Counted from the stretch's first letter, positions 1 through 12,914 are shown. The stretch: 45,484 nucleotides of DNA from Octopus bimaculoides (GCF_001194135.2 NC_068985.1:27345476-27390959); one strand, 5' to 3'. Notes: a model not told the origin generated them from the sequence alone. Translations and numbers: made by a program.

Positions 1-80
1 TATATATAATACAAAGAATATATATACATGTATACACACATATATGTACATACTTACATCTACATGTGTATATATATGCA

Positions 81-207
81 TATCAGGGTACAGGACGTTA
101 GAACAATAAACTACAGACAACGGAACGAACACATAGGAAAACGGAAAGCCACTTGGAATATCCCTTCATCAGCTGTCTCTATTCTATCTAGACGTTTCGA
201 AGATAAG
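81..207 (-). mobile_element. Penelope-like pseudo-LTR fragment
   Basis: Minus strand carries GAAACGTC and CTGATGAAGGG, motifs typical of Penelope pLTRs; flanked by TA/TATG microsatellites. Confidence 0.4.
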
Positions 208-663
208 TATGTATGTATGTATGTACGTATAGCAAGAAATTATGTAACGAACTCTTTGTGGCGTATGTACCATATGTATTAACGTACATATTCTGCATAT
301 ATTTTATAAATGTATAATATATATAATCATTTATATAGCGGTTCATCATATGCTTATTTGTATATACATTTATTATCAAAATTATCTGAATATATTTATT
401 CCTGGAACTGACTTTTACCTTTCATACACTATACTGCATTTCGGTCGTATCTTTATTGTTTTATATATAAAAAAAAAATATTTTGCTGATGGAGTTTTCC
501 GTACATATAAAGGCTTTACCAGATAAGACTATACTTGATTTATAAAAGCTATCATATATATATTTGTACGCTCATTTATTTTGTGTATGTGTGTGTGTGT
601 GTACACGCACGCGCGAGTGTGTTTTCGACGCATACTCATGCATTTGTTTGTATGTATGTATAT

Positions 664-1070
664 AGGAGTGGCTGTGTGGTAAGTAGCTTGCCTACCAACC
701 ACATGGTTCCGGGTTCAGTCCCACTGCGTGGCACCTTGGGCAAGTGTCTTCTACTATAGCCTCGGGCCGACCAAAGCCTTGTGAGTGGATTTAGTAGACG
801 GAAACTGAAAGAAGCCCGTCGTATATATGTATATATATATATGTATGTGTGTGTATATGTTTGTGTGTCTGTGTTTGACCCCCCAACATCGCTTGATCAC
901 CGATGCTGGTATGTTTACGTCCCCGTAACTTAGCGGTTCGGCACAAGAGACCGATAGAATAAGTACTAGGCTTACAACGAATAAGTCCTGGGGTCGATTT
1001 GCTCGACTAAAGGCGGTGCTCCAGCATGGCCACAGTCAAATGACTGAAACAAGTGAAAGAGTGAAAGAGT
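664..1070 (+). mobile_element. tRNA-derived SINE family A, full length
   Basis: A-box-like TGTGTGGT and B-box-like GGTTCAGTC head, internal (TA/TG)n, body ending TGACTGAAACAAG-(TRAAAGAG)n tail; about 10 homologous copies in the window. Confidence 0.9.
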
Positions 1071-1077
1071 ATATATA

Positions 1078-1112
<35 letters not shown>

Positions 1113-1139
1113 GTATATATATATATATAGCCAATTCAA

Positions 1140-1935
1140 ATAAACGAATAAGAACGGATAATATCAGGACGTGCACGAAAAAACGGTATTAGCTTGACGC
1201 TCGGTCAAAGAAGAGAGTTTGACGTTTCGAGCGTACCTCTTCGTCAGAAAGAAGAAAGGGAAAAATCCAAAAGATGGAAAAGAAATCGCCAACGGTACGT
1301 GTGTAGTTACATTACACACACAGCTATGAACTTTTAACTGTGTCGAACGAATGAGAGGAAAATCCTCAATGCACGTTGTAGAGTATGAATCTTATTGATG
1401 TTAAATGAGTACCTTAGAACTCGAGTGTGAGGGCACTACGATTTTCAGGAGAGAACTGCTACAACTTACTTTGTGAGGTATATTTTTTATATGTGTTGGC
1501 TTCAGTATTGGTTCATGATCGTGTTCGTACATGGGTTTGCGATTTGTGTTTGGTGATGCGTTGTTACTTTTCTTTCTCTTTCTGTATATTTTTGTGGAGT
1601 GGTTTTATTTTTCTTGTCTCTCTTAATGAGGTGGGGAACGTTTTAATTGTGTTTATTCATCCTAAATCTATCTGTTAAACTAGCTAAGGCTATCCTTTTG
1701 CTAAGTTTGCTTTGATATGTTTTTAGTGAAGCTTTTTTGAAATATGGTATTGTGATTGTACATGTCGTTTTCAGCCAAAATTGAGAAGATTTTTGAAGAT
1801 AAGTTTATTTTGTGAAAGAATTTAAGTAAAATCCTAATTAAAAACAATTTTATTTATTGAAAGTTTTATTACTTGGATGTGTGATTTTCGCGTGGCATGT
1901 TGAGAGTGTTTCTTAAACTAATTAAAGATTTAGTC
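1140..1935 (-). mobile_element. Penelope-like retroelement 3' relic with pLTR
   Basis: Degenerate minus-strand RT-thumb-like peptides (QIDLG*INTIKTFP..LRETRKIK) followed by a pLTR containing CTGACGAAGAG..CTCGAAACGTC; pLTR homologous to 28285-28485. Confidence 0.55.
1218..1250 (-). ncRNA. Minimal type I hammerhead ribozyme motif (Penelope type)
   Basis: UUU-CUGACGA-A-GAG(GUACG)CUC-GAAA-C-GUC-AAA: intact core, 3-bp stem I, 3-bp stem II. Confidence 0.55.
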
Positions 1936-2350
1936 ATTGTCGTACACTAATATCAGCAGATATAAATATACCGCCAATATTGAGTGCTAATGGTTCTTGC
2001 CTGAAGATCGCAATGCCGTGAAACTGATAGGCATTCAGTTTCAACAAACCCATGTATGTATGTAATGTATGTATGTATGTATGTATGTATGTATGTGTGT
2101 GTGTAAGTGCGCACGCGCGTGTGTGAGTGCGTATATATATGCATACTTTTTAAATAAATTCCCACTCACATGATCAGAAATTATATGATCAATGATATTT
2201 AAGAAATTGTGAATAATAACAGAGGCCTCTGCTTAATCTATTGTCCAGTCGACTCGGGTCTGAGAAACCAAGTATAAGTCGGAGAAAACGTCGGACTATT
2301 AGGCTACTAGATTGCCCTATATGAACAAAATATATATCATGCACACATAT

Positions 2351-2351
2351 A

Positions 2352-2434
<83 letters not shown>

Positions 2435-2625
2435 GTATGTGTGCGTGTGTGTGTGTGTGTCTGTCTTTCCTTCTATCTATCTATCTGTCTATCTATCATC
2501 TGCCTGCCTGCCTGTCTTTCTCTCCAAGTCTGGTAATATTGCGTCTAATTTGTATGCATGTATGTATGTATGTATGTATGTATGTATGTATGCATACACA
2601 CATACACCCACACACACATACATAT
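2351..2625. repeat. Compound microsatellite (CT)n/(GT)n/(TCTA)n/(TATG)n
   Basis: Directly visible. Confidence 0.97.
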
Positions 2626-3204
2626 ATACGCATAAACTGACATTCATGAACATCCGTATCCTATTTCGTCGATTCGAAGCACAATTTAAAGTGTTATATG
2701 TATATTTAAATAGAAATTTAGTTTAAGTTATACCCAATACGCAAGTGAAGTAAATGAATAGAAAGAACGGGTTTCGAATATATCCTTAGATAGAAAATAT
2801 GCGTATATTCACTTTACAGCAGCCTTCTGGGACAACTTGATGCATCAGCTATTATTCGCTTTTTCAGCCAATATAGAAAGAGATTTGATGTCATTAAATC
2901 TTGTTTTAAGTGATATTCAACCACAAAGAGTTGAATGAAAACGGACCACAACTTACATGGAAAACGAAATGAAAGCGTTTATATGGTTAGATGGATTTCT
3001 GTCAGTTTCGACGATGAACATTGGTTCTTCGCTGAAGTGAATTACCTGCTTTTTGAATTAATGTAGAAATGGTTGAAGATTCAACCAACACGTATGTCCA
3101 TAACATTATCCATAGGCATAACCAGTGTGATACATTGAGCGCGCGCGCGCGTATGTCTGTATCCTTTTGTGTCTGTGAAAGGCCTTATTTCGAAATTACA
3201 GGTG

Positions 3205-3320
3205 AAATCCATCCGACTGGCTTCTTTACAGTTTCTGCCAACCCAGTTTCATTCACAAAATATGAGTCAAATCGAGGTTACACACAATGATATTTACCAG
3301 AATCCGGTGGTTGTGAAGTG
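3205..3320 (-). mobile_element. Diverged SINE family A head fragment
   Basis: ACTGGCTTCTTTACAGTTTCTGCCAACCCAGTTTCATTCACAA resembles the reverse complement of the family A 5' half. Confidence 0.5.
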
Positions 3321-3323
3321 AGC

Positions 3324-3324
<1 letters not shown>

Positions 3325-3370
<46 letters not shown>

Positions 3371-3529
3371 ATACACACATTCATGTATGTATGCATGCAT
3401 GCATGCATGTATGTATGTATGTATGCATGTATGCATGTATGTATGTATGTATGTATGTACGTACATATGTATGTATGCATGTATGCATGCATGCATGTCT
3501 GTATGTATATGTATGTATGTATGTATGTA
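3325..3529. repeat. (TCTA)n and (TATG/CATG)n microsatellites
   Basis: Directly visible. Confidence 0.97.
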
Positions 3530-3830
3530 CAGGGTATCCCAAAACAGTTGACATCCTTTCATCACCTAATGACGTGAACAAGCTTCGTCCACATTGTCTC
3601 AAATTTTAGCAGTATGTCTCGAATTCAATACATTTTAAAAATATGATCTTTCGAATGTTTTTTTTTTCAAGATTAAACATGCCGTTTACTGCAACAGGGG
3701 GATGAGTAGTAGCCATTTCAAAAACTCCGTCCTCTCTGCCCCACCCTGCACAAAGCAATGTAAGAGCATGAGAGAACTTGAAAGCTTCTAATGAACCAAT
3801 GACCGAAGAAACCGAAAAAAAAATGACGTT
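3530..3830. mobile_element. Possible Tc1/mariner terminus
   Basis: TA|CAGGGTATCCCAAAA resembles a Tc1/mariner TIR with TA target; partner TIR not found. Confidence 0.35.
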
Positions 3831-3834
3831 TATA

Positions 3835-4340
3835 TGACACTCCACGATACTTCTGTAGAAGACATTACATATGCAATGTTAGTTTTCTTGAAATGTCATC
3901 AAAGTGCTGCCACCTATTATACTAATATATTGTGGCTAAATATACAAAGCAATTCGCGGCAAAGACTACTCGAGAATAAATATAGACGTTGTTTCTGTAT
4001 AATCAACACAAGAAATACTGATGGAAGATTATTTTTAAAACTTCTGCCTAGACCAAACATAACAAGTCTGACATCGTTAATTCGGACAGAGGAAACAAAA
4101 ATTATGTATTGTCACAGAAGTCAATTTCCCAGCAGATATTTGCTAACATCTCTTCTGAAATCTGTGAGAAGTAGTTTCAAAATCTTCAGTTACTCTATTC
4201 TGATTATAAATGAAATTATAACAAGAGTAGTGAATTTGTACCAATAGTATTTGGTGCATGTGGCTATGCTAACAAATACTTATAAATGACATTCTGGGAA
4301 ATTTCGGTTTTTCAAGTGAAGAAAGCAACCAACTGGCACA
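3835..4340 (+). mobile_element. R4/Dong-like RLE non-LTR retrotransposon 3' fragment (copy 1)
   Basis: Frameshifted VEDITY (CCHC knuckle), KLCIVTEVNFPADI, QNLQLLYSDYK, EFVPIVFGACGY = restriction-like endonuclease region. Confidence 0.75.
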
Positions 4341-4499
4341 ACAGTAAAAATATGCGAAACTTTTTCAAGGTTCATCACTTAGCACTATCATCGTTATCGA
4401 AATTGCAGCCATGGAATTTTGTATCTTTGTCAGAAATCAGTTACCCACTTGTAAAAAGAATTTAAATAATTTTAAAAATACACACATCCATACGTAGAT

Positions 4500-4553
4500 G
4501 CATACGTACGTACATACATACATACATACATACATACATACATACATACATAC
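4500..4553. repeat. (TACA)n microsatellite
   Basis: Directly visible. Confidence 0.97.
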
Positions 4554-4599
4554 AGATCTAGTACCTATGTTTGGATACTAAACTTGCCATTTGAAGTAA

Positions 4600-4830
4600 T
4601 CTAACAAATAGTCATCAAGACTAGAAAGCTACGAATCACCATTGGTAATTTATACATCAACAATGAGATTGAAACTGGGGTATGGAGGTGGAGGCAGAAG
4701 GTTAGTCCAAACAGCCTTTGAGTGCAGCATCGTATCACTCAGACAACGGTTATTGTACAGTAAAAGGAAAAATGTGTACATCTCATCTATGTCAGTAAAA
4801 TAACGTAGCGTGTATCTGTCAAGCGTTTTT
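4600..4830 (+). mobile_element. R4/Dong-like LINE post-RT fragment (copy 2, 5' part)
   Basis: IVIKTRKLRITIGNLYINNEI and FECSIVSLRQRL match the post-RT region also seen at 35990-36120. Confidence 0.65.
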
Positions 4831-6708
4831 CTTGTCTTTCAAGAATATCTTGTCTCGCAGTTCCCCTTTACCCCACAATGAAGTGTGCGTAGTGGGAGGA
4901 CATGCTTTTTAGAAATCATAGGATATACTTTGATACAAGAAAATAAACACTTTTGTTTCATTTTGTCTCTACTGTGTGGAGAAGAGTTGAATTTCACATC
5001 GTTTAATAGAAATTCTATGATGAGTACTTTTATTTTATTAGACAGGCTCAGCAATATTGTTTCACGGCAATAATTAATCAATATAACCAATATAGCCACC
5101 GTTGTGACTAACCACATAACTTTTGTTTTACTTTGCATTATGGATAAAGAAAGACCAGTGGAGAAAAAAAGAAAACGGCAAGGGACAAGAAAGAAGCAAT
5201 CGACAAGAGTGAAAACATTAAAACGGCGACTAGAATGAATGAAACAGTGACTGAATAACAATGGAAAAGATGGGGAGGTTGGTAAGACAAGAATCTCAAC
5301 GTGTACGAAAGCACTTGGTGCGTGTTAATGAAGAAACTTGCATGGAATACTCAAAGATCAAGCAACATCAATTGGTATACACTAATGAAGATACTATTGC
5401 GTTAATTATTCCAACACTAAGTGAAGCAAATTCAATGACACGATCTCGAAAAAATGAGTATGAAGTCAGGAAACGTATGTTTTCTGGAGTAAGCAGGAAA
5501 GTCATCTTTATGATCTTACTGCTTATTATGATTTCATGATGATGACGAGGAATAATAATAATGATAAAAAAAGAAACGTTGTTACTCTGTAGACATACAT
5601 CAGCTGTGTCGTATGAAAGTGATGTGTCCTGAATGTCAGGCAAAGATGATCATAAAAAATGGTTCGACTATACAAAGTCCAAAATTACATCTTTGTTGTT
5701 TGAATTGAAAATTCAAACTACCTTAAATTATTTGAATTCTAGTGTCATTGAATTTTATTCGAGCCAGTTCTAAATTTCGAAAAATAAAAAGGAAAATTTT
5801 GAGTTACAAATCATCGTTAATGTTCACTTCAAATTGTGACAAGAGCTTGGTTTTAAACTGGAATGGTGCGCACATACGGAGAGTCATAAGTGTAGTGTAT
5901 TGTCTTTTGTCAAGTAAACTATTGCCTGCCGCTGACAAAACAGCATGATTTGCCTAAATTTACACTTATGATACAGAGGATCAAGCTAGTCATGGTATGT
6001 GTTTAATGCTACGTTTAAATAAAAATACCATGAGATTTCTTTTGGGCGTGCTGAATAAATACAATGATAAATTGAACAATTACATACCACACATCATCTC
6101 ACATAGCGACTGAGATACGCAACATTTGAATTTAGCTATTGGTTCATATTCTGCTAGTAATTATTGCGCTCCTATTGGTTCTGAAATAACAGCTATTCTC
6201 TTGTAATAGAAGAAAATAGTAGTGAAGGTGACGGCGTTATTTTACTAAGCATTGATAAAGGTTTCCATAAAATTAGCTATATGAATCAGGGATATGATTC
6301 GTTGCGCTTTGTTGTTTTTTGTTTCTAAGAGAAAAAGATTGGTATATTTTGTTCATTGTTGTGAAAAATAACTAAACAATTACCAGGTAGAGTAATTATT
6401 CTTAGAATGGTGATGTACTGAATCAATGACTTGGAAATATTTCGGTTTGGAGGAAGGTTGTCATAAAAGAACATTGTTATAATTATTGCAAAGTTGAAAA
6501 AACCCCCCAAAAAACCCCCCTTCCCTAATGAGATTGCAAAAATCAGCGGGATCTAAGAACAGAATATCAAATTGATGAATTAAATGCCGAATGTCAACTT
6601 CTATCGGTAGATATTAACATTTTATGGGTTCATTGGAGGGCCTAAATTCTACAAGAAATCTTCCTCAGCATACAATTAACATTGTCCGTCGCTATAGATG
6701 GCTAGATA

Positions 6709-6925
6709 TATTGATTTCAAATTTTGGCACAAGGCCACAATTGCAGAGTAGGCGGTAAGTCGATTACATCGTCCTCAGTACATAACTGGTACTTATTTTA
6801 TCGACTTCCAAAGGATGAAAGCAAAGTCGACTTCGGCGGAATTTGAACTCGCAACGTGAAGATGGACGAAATTCCGCTAAGCATTTTCCTCGGTGTGCTA
6901 ACGATTTTGTTAGCTCGCCGCCTTA
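6709..6925 (-). mobile_element. tRNA-derived SINE family B
   Basis: Reverse complement of GGCGGCGAGCT..GAGTTCAAATTCCGCCGAAGTCGACTTTGC..GCCAAAATTTGAAATCAATA; nested in the Helitron. Confidence 0.9.
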
Positions 6926-8474
6926 AAAGTATATAAATGCCTCCCCGGCAGAAAATCGTACCCCGGTCTCCCCCGTAACAGACGGGAATGCTTACCGAGA
7001 ATGGGCTAAGAAAGCTTGATATATTACTTTCATATATATGTAATCCAGACTACTCCGTAATTGTTGCACAGTTCTAAGTGCATAAAATCAGAGAACTAAA
7101 CGAACTCGAACTCCAATCTTTTGAATTTGAATCGGTATTACTAAAAGAATTATGAAAACAAAAGTAGTTAAAAAAAAGTTAAAAGTTTAATTTACTCAAT
7201 TCAATTATAAAATTCCCTTGAACAACTTGGTTTATTGGGAAAATGAATAGTAGATACCTTTCTGAGAACGACGAAAACAGGCAACGTAGTACACTGGACA
7301 GAAATCACCAATTACTATTGATATAGTTTCTCACTCAATGTTGAACAAGTCATGCAGACACGTCCGTTAGAGGACGAACATATATTTATAATAAACTTAT
7401 AAGCGTATAGACAAAGAACAAACATAGATTGTCAATTAAAGAATCTTCTTTGCCGATCTTGGACATTCTGAAAGCTATAATCTGGCCATGACGTTACTAA
7501 ATCAATCGAGAGCATGTTCATTTTAGGAGTTGAAAATTGTTAGTGGCCAACATTGTCAAATATACAAGGCTACGGTTTTAATGATAGGCCTTATTGAATC
7601 TTATGAATTTGATAGAAATTTGCCTGTGGATTTAGAACTTGTACTGCACTCAAAATACATGAGCATTGCATTTAGATATAGCTTTTTTCTTTGGTTAAAT
7701 CTCAGAGATATTGGAATTCTTTCAAAATAGTAGTTGCCTATGGGTGTTGCATTGGAGGCAACATTCTGATGGTAATGATGAACATTTAGAGAGGCCGTAC
7801 TAATACTGATTTGCAAATCTCATCTCCACAGTGGGACATCCCTTCACCAGCCCGTTCCTGGGTTGTTAGTTCAAGGTACATCAATTTTTTTTAATCACCT
7901 CCAGACACTATCAATAACTATTTAAAGAGAATTGAAGCAACCAGCAAAAAACAGGGAACCAAGAGTATCGACATATTTTCGACAACTTACTAGATTCCAC
8001 ACAGCAACTATCTAAATTTAAATATTTTCTTTGTCGAAGGTCCTCCCGGCTCTGCAAAGACATGTTTCGACCGAATACTTATTGGATATATAGAAGCGTA
8101 TTTGGATCAGCCACTTCTCACTGTTGCATCTCTAGGACTGACTGCATTGTTCTACATAAGTGGTTCTTCAGCTTATTCAACGTTCTATATTCCAATTTCT
8201 ATTGACAGAGATTCTGTTTACAACATTGATGTCAACAAACTGAGAAGCATATTTCGAACCTGCAACACCAAAATGTTGCGACCCATTCTTTATTTTAGAA
8301 GAAGCTGACAAGCCTGAAGTGACCATGAGTGTAGAGATTCAACTACAGAATCGAAATGACCAGTGGCTGGGTTGATTTTCTGTTTCATGTTGGTGAAGGG
8401 AGAGGACAACTAGACTCTGATAGCCAGATGCGGTATGGAAATGGTGACGAGGTTGTATCGGATGAACGTGTAAA

Positions 8475-8990
8475 CCATTCATCCATCCCTTCCTTTCTCC
8501 CTTTATCCATCCCTCAATCCATCCATCCATCCATCCATCCATCCATCCATCCATCCATGCATTCATCCATCTCTGCCTACTATTCCTAGGAAGGTCATGG
8601 GAGCACAATGCTTAGACACCTTCTCTACAGGTTCCTATCAGAAGCAACCGTAATTAGTCTTTCCGGCTGGGTCCCCAAGCCTAACCGACTGAAACTATGG
8701 ATATTATCCAGCCATCCCATTCTTGGTCTCCAGCTGGTTTGACTTGAAGAATCTTTCTTTACGATTCTTTCCAGCGACATTGTAATCGCATATCCGTAGT
8801 TCCGGATTTGCGATCTTTCAATGCAGCGAAGCAGCGGCTCGATCTGAGAGACACTCCACTATCTCTGAGTGCTGCAATGAATGGATGAACATGCAATAAA
8901 AAAAAAAAATCCGATAGCTCCTTGGATCCTGCTAAGTTCACGGACCGAGTCATAATACCGTCTGTTAATACTATTGCTGAGTCCATAAGT
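8475..8990 (-). mobile_element. RTE-clade LINE 3' end with (GGAT)n tail
   Basis: Minus strand YGYAITMSLER and RPRMGWLDNI (RTE C-terminus RGRPRxRWLDxI), 3' UTR, then tandem tetramer tail at about 8475-8570. Confidence 0.7.
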
Positions 8991-9619
8991 AAAAGTAATT
9001 ATTAATATATTTGATGACAAAATAATCACTTAGAAATGATTTAATTACTGCAATAATGAAGATAAATCCTTTAATAACCAACACTGGTCAACTGATCCCA
9101 ATACAATTTTACTGTTACAGAAGATGAATATTCTGGAAACAATTACGTGATTATCATTTCTGGTTCGAATGACTTTCGACAGTCAATAGATCTCAATGTT
9201 AGTCATTGAGTAAAATAGGTGTGTTATTCCCACCTGATTTGTTTGTGTATGAAGGTCTACCAAGAACTACACAGTGAACTGTTGGAATTATGTCGAAAAA
9301 AGTCACCGATATTGTATAGACAAGAATTCCAATGTTGAAATGCTCTACTTCTATATATAACTCACCGACTTAATTCAAATAAATTTATATATACGCACAT
9401 ATGTTTTAGTACTCCTTAATTCTTTTTAATCCTTTTTTTATTTTTTTAATCATCATCTTATCATCATTCACCATTTATCATCTTCAACAACGACGAAAAC
9501 TTAAACTGAGCAAAGCGAAAGCGGGTACACACACTAGCAGTGTATTTAACAGTGAAAATAATAACATCTTGAGGGTAGGTGAATAATCCTTTTTTAGGTA
9601 CTCTAAGTATGCGTCTGTC

Positions 9620-10080
9620 TCACGTAACCCAAACTCGCATGCGTATTAGCCACAATATTTCCAATTGTGAAAGAATGGTTTCTAGACGCTACCTTCTCGA
9701 ACGACATAATATGGTGGCTAGAATAATCTGGAATAGGGTTAGAAAGAAAAAATAACAACAAATAAAGATGAATATATTGACGCTGATGGATTAGAAAAAA
9801 AAGAAGTGGAATCTACAAATATGAACTGCAACTATATTAAAAAACCTAACAAGATATTATTTAGGATCGCAAAATATAAAACACTCACTCTTGTATGAAA
9901 AAAATCCGCTGTCCACATGACATCAATATGGTGAAAAAAATATAGGGGAAAGAATATATTTCGGAGCCGTTGTCAAGGAGACTGCAAATCCATTACAGAA
10001 AGTACATTTTCAGTCTTATACACATTTTCAGAACGACAGGCTGTTTGACAATATACCCGTATCAAAACATGGCTGAAATT
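9620..10080 (+). mobile_element. R4/Dong-like LINE CCHC+RLE fragment (probably the 3' part of copy 2)
   Basis: HNISNCERMVSRRYLLERHNMVARII; IRCPHDINMVKKI; PLSRRLQIHYRKYIF. Confidence 0.75.
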
Positions 10081-10699
10081 GGATACTTGGAGAAGAAATG
10101 TAGCGTCATGTTTCATACGCTACAGCTCATGATATTTGGGACACTAAATATCTACATAGCCTTCTAAAATTTAAAGTGTGAATGGTTGTAAAATGGTGAC
10201 AAAGAGAATAAGACCCTTTTCTTTAAAACCTTGCAGTGGAGCAGGGACCAGTAAAAATAAACTCTAAAGTTTTGATGAGAAAGAGAAATTTAGTTGGGCA
10301 TTGTCGGACAAGTGGCCGTACTTGGACAGAATAACACCACTCGGAGGTCTTAATGTAGTTTTTCATGAACTCTGATGTGAGTTCTGAGAGCAGCAAAAGT
10401 AGTGAATTACCCTTCCATCTTCAGAGTGGAATCACTTATCATTTAATTTTCATATAGTTTGGAGTAGATATTCATGAAAAATATCCATGTATATATCTAT
10501 TTATTCATTCATTCCGTTATCCGCCCGTACACCTATATCTCTTCATCCTGATCTAATGACGAATATTGCAAGTACGCAGACATTGGGAAGAATGTCGCTA
10601 ATACAGACGTAATTAATACGAATGAAATAATGGAAGATTCATATGAATTGTAGTCAGTGCATTGTGAAGTACAAGCGAAGAAACGAGTACATAACACAT

Positions 10700-11410
10700 T
10701 CATAAATCTATATATCTTGACAGGAGAATAAGCAATTCAAATACAAAAGTACTTTGTGAAGCCTATTTGCAGCTGAACCGGTTTACCAAAACAGAAACTT
10801 AGAGCAAAAACATTCAAAATATCTATGTAAGTTCCATGTACGGTACCATACTCACAAGTTATTTAGATCACAGCCACATAGACAAAGAGAGTAGTCTTTC
10901 TTTGAAGTGTTTTAGACATGAAATCTTATTTAGAAGGATATACTTTCACTATTCAGAGTATAGCCATCAAATACCTGATAAAAATGAAGAAAATCATGGC
11001 AAGCTGTTCAAAACCAGTATAGAAGATATCACCAAAATAACCAATAGCTGTTTCAAAATGCTCTCAATCTGTCCAGTTTTCATGACGTAAGATGAAGAAA
11101 AACGAAAAACGATATACTGTTCTATCTGAAGGCATCGTAGTAATCGGATTCTAGCACATTAAAAATATAAAATATTAGTGAAGCATCCCGATAAAAACAT
11201 CTAAACATTTGTAAGCACAACAAACTCGATTCTGTTCTATTGGGCAGAGAACAAAAGCCATATACTGTTTGTGTGTGTGTTTAGTTGTTCAGCAGATACG
11301 ACGAAACATGTGAATAAGGAGAACAGCTACAATAAAGCATTAGGGAACCTAGAAAATTTATATCCTGAAAATAGGTGGTCATTCTTATTCATTCATAATC
11401 ACCGGTATTT
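10700..11410 (+). mobile_element. R4/Dong-like LINE 3' fragment (copy 3)
   Basis: KLFKTSIEDITKITNSCFKM (knuckle); FSCSADTTKHVNKENSYNKALGNLENLYPENRWSF (RLE). Confidence 0.75.
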
Positions 11411-11429
11411 TAGGCAACAAAATGTTACA

Positions 11430-11560
11430 TACATGCATACAACACACACACACACACACCCTTACAAGCACACATACACGCAGAAACACATGCATATATA
11501 TATATATATATATATACATGGAAACGCATAAATTCATATATATATGTATGTGTGTGTGTG

Positions 11561-11596
<36 letters not shown>
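11430..11596. repeat. (CA)n/(TA)n/(TG)n microsatellites
   Basis: Directly visible; runs into a gap. Confidence 0.95.
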
Positions 11597-11848
11597 NNNN
11601 NNNNNNNNNNNNNNNNNNNNNNNNNNNNNNNNNNNNNNNNNNNNNNNNNNNNNNNNNNNNNNNNNNNNNNNNNNNNNNNNNNNNNNNNNNNNNNNNNNNN
11701 NNNNNNNNNNNNNNNNNNNNNNNNNNNNNNNNNNNNNNNNNNNNNNNNNNNNNNNNNNNNNNNNNNNNNNNNNNNNNNNNNNNNNNNNNNNNNNNNNNNN
11801 NNNNNNNNNNNNNNNNNNNNNNNNNNNNNNNNNNNNNNNNNNNNNNNN
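11597..11848. other. Assembly gap
   Basis: N run. Confidence 1.
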
Positions 11849-11884
11849 TGTGTGTGTGTGTGCTTGTGTGTATTCTAGTTAAGT

Positions 11885-11995
11885 CAATTGTTGAGATGAA
11901 TTCCTTCGATTGGAAAGCTCTCTTAGATAGACCTGCTTCCTACCTTGGGTAAATTCATTTCTCATCGTACCACTGTAACACACACACACACACAC

Positions 11996-12042
<47 letters not shown>

Positions 12043-12300
12043 CACACATACGCATGTGTATATGTGTGTGTATATTATGCTCAAAGTTGCACTGTTGGTT
12101 GACAGTTCCTTGATAATATCCACAGTGTTTCTTTCAAGTACCTCATGTAACAAACCTCTAATTGTTATTCTTACTACCCACAAAATTCACATTCAAGTTT
12201 CCTTTTCTGGTTAAAATTCGGTCATAACCTTATCATTTGAAGCAAGGATATTTTATGTAGTATTTTCTTAGACAATGGTTTTGGATCCAATCGAATCAAT
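11885..12300 (-). mobile_element. Degenerate RTE-like LINE 3' fragment interrupted by (CA)n
   Basis: Minus-strand LRKILHKI..GTLER-like remnants of the RTE C-terminal region. Confidence 0.4.
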
Positions 12301-12449
12301 CCATATTCTTCATTTGTCAGTAGGAAAAAATCTATATAAACACAAGCATTACAGATTGCAATTGTAGTGTGACGAGTATAGAGCACATGCGAACTCATAC
12401 AATATCACAAAAACGTCAACGCTTACATGCATAGACACAAAGGTAGAGT

Positions 12450-12460
12450 GATAGATAGCT

Positions 12461-12501
<41 letters not shown>

Positions 12502-12672
12502 TATAGATAGAAATATAGATAGACAGACATATAGACAGACAGATAAATAGATAGATCGACAGACAGATAGATAAATAGAAAGATAGATAGATTGATAAAT
12601 AGAAAGGTAGATGATATTTAGAAAGATAGATACATAGATAGATAGAAAGAAAGATAGGCATATAGATAGATG
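12450..12672. repeat. (TAGA)n degenerate microsatellite
   Basis: Directly visible. Confidence 0.95.
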
Positions 12673-12694
12673 CATACATAAATACATACATGGT

Positions 12695-12913
12695 GCATGT
12701 CTAGACTGTAACTATATGCATGAGAACGCACACAAAAAGCAAAATATACAAATCTGCACATGCAGTGACTCCAAATACTGCACATATATGCAAATACATG
12801 CAAAAATACCCTGTTGATGTTGTTGAAATTCCAATGAAGGAGTCTTGGATCTAAGTTAGAAACCGACTCTTTCTCTACTGACAAGAAATCTTGAAATAAA
12901 ACTGAATAATGAC
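12695..12913 (-). mobile_element. TATG-embedded dispersed element, copy 1
   Basis: Reverse complement of GTCATTATTCAGTTTTATTTCAAGATTTCTTG..TTCATTGGAATTTCAACA..CTAGACATGC; five copies in the window. Confidence 0.85.
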
Positions 12914-12914
12914 A

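Larger units (their letters stand above)
5130..9537 (+). mobile_element. Helitron relic (internally deleted, interrupted)
   Basis: N-terminal Zn motif MCPECQAKM..LHLCCLN*KFKLP (about 5620-5725); YKSSLMFTS..LLP..FA*IYTYDTED; PIF1 motif I FFVEGPPGSAKT..TVASLGLTAL..GSSAYSTFYIP (about 8025-8200); [11 protein letters not shown]; TVNRSQC*SLSKIGV (about 9185); GC-rich segment then CTAG at 9534-9537. Confidence 0.8.

Noticed and set aside
159-207. Permuted (type II-like) hammerhead: GAAACGTC..CTGATGA on the minus strand
   Set aside because: Stem II can pair with a bulge, but stem I does not form
2250-2300. CTGAGAA..GAAAACGTC hammerhead-like motif
   Set aside because: Core altered and stems I and II do not pair convincingly
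3530-4480. Complete Tc1/mariner element with transposase ORF 3834-4247
   Set aside because: No right TIR found; the coding remnants fit the RLE-LINE, not a DDE transposase
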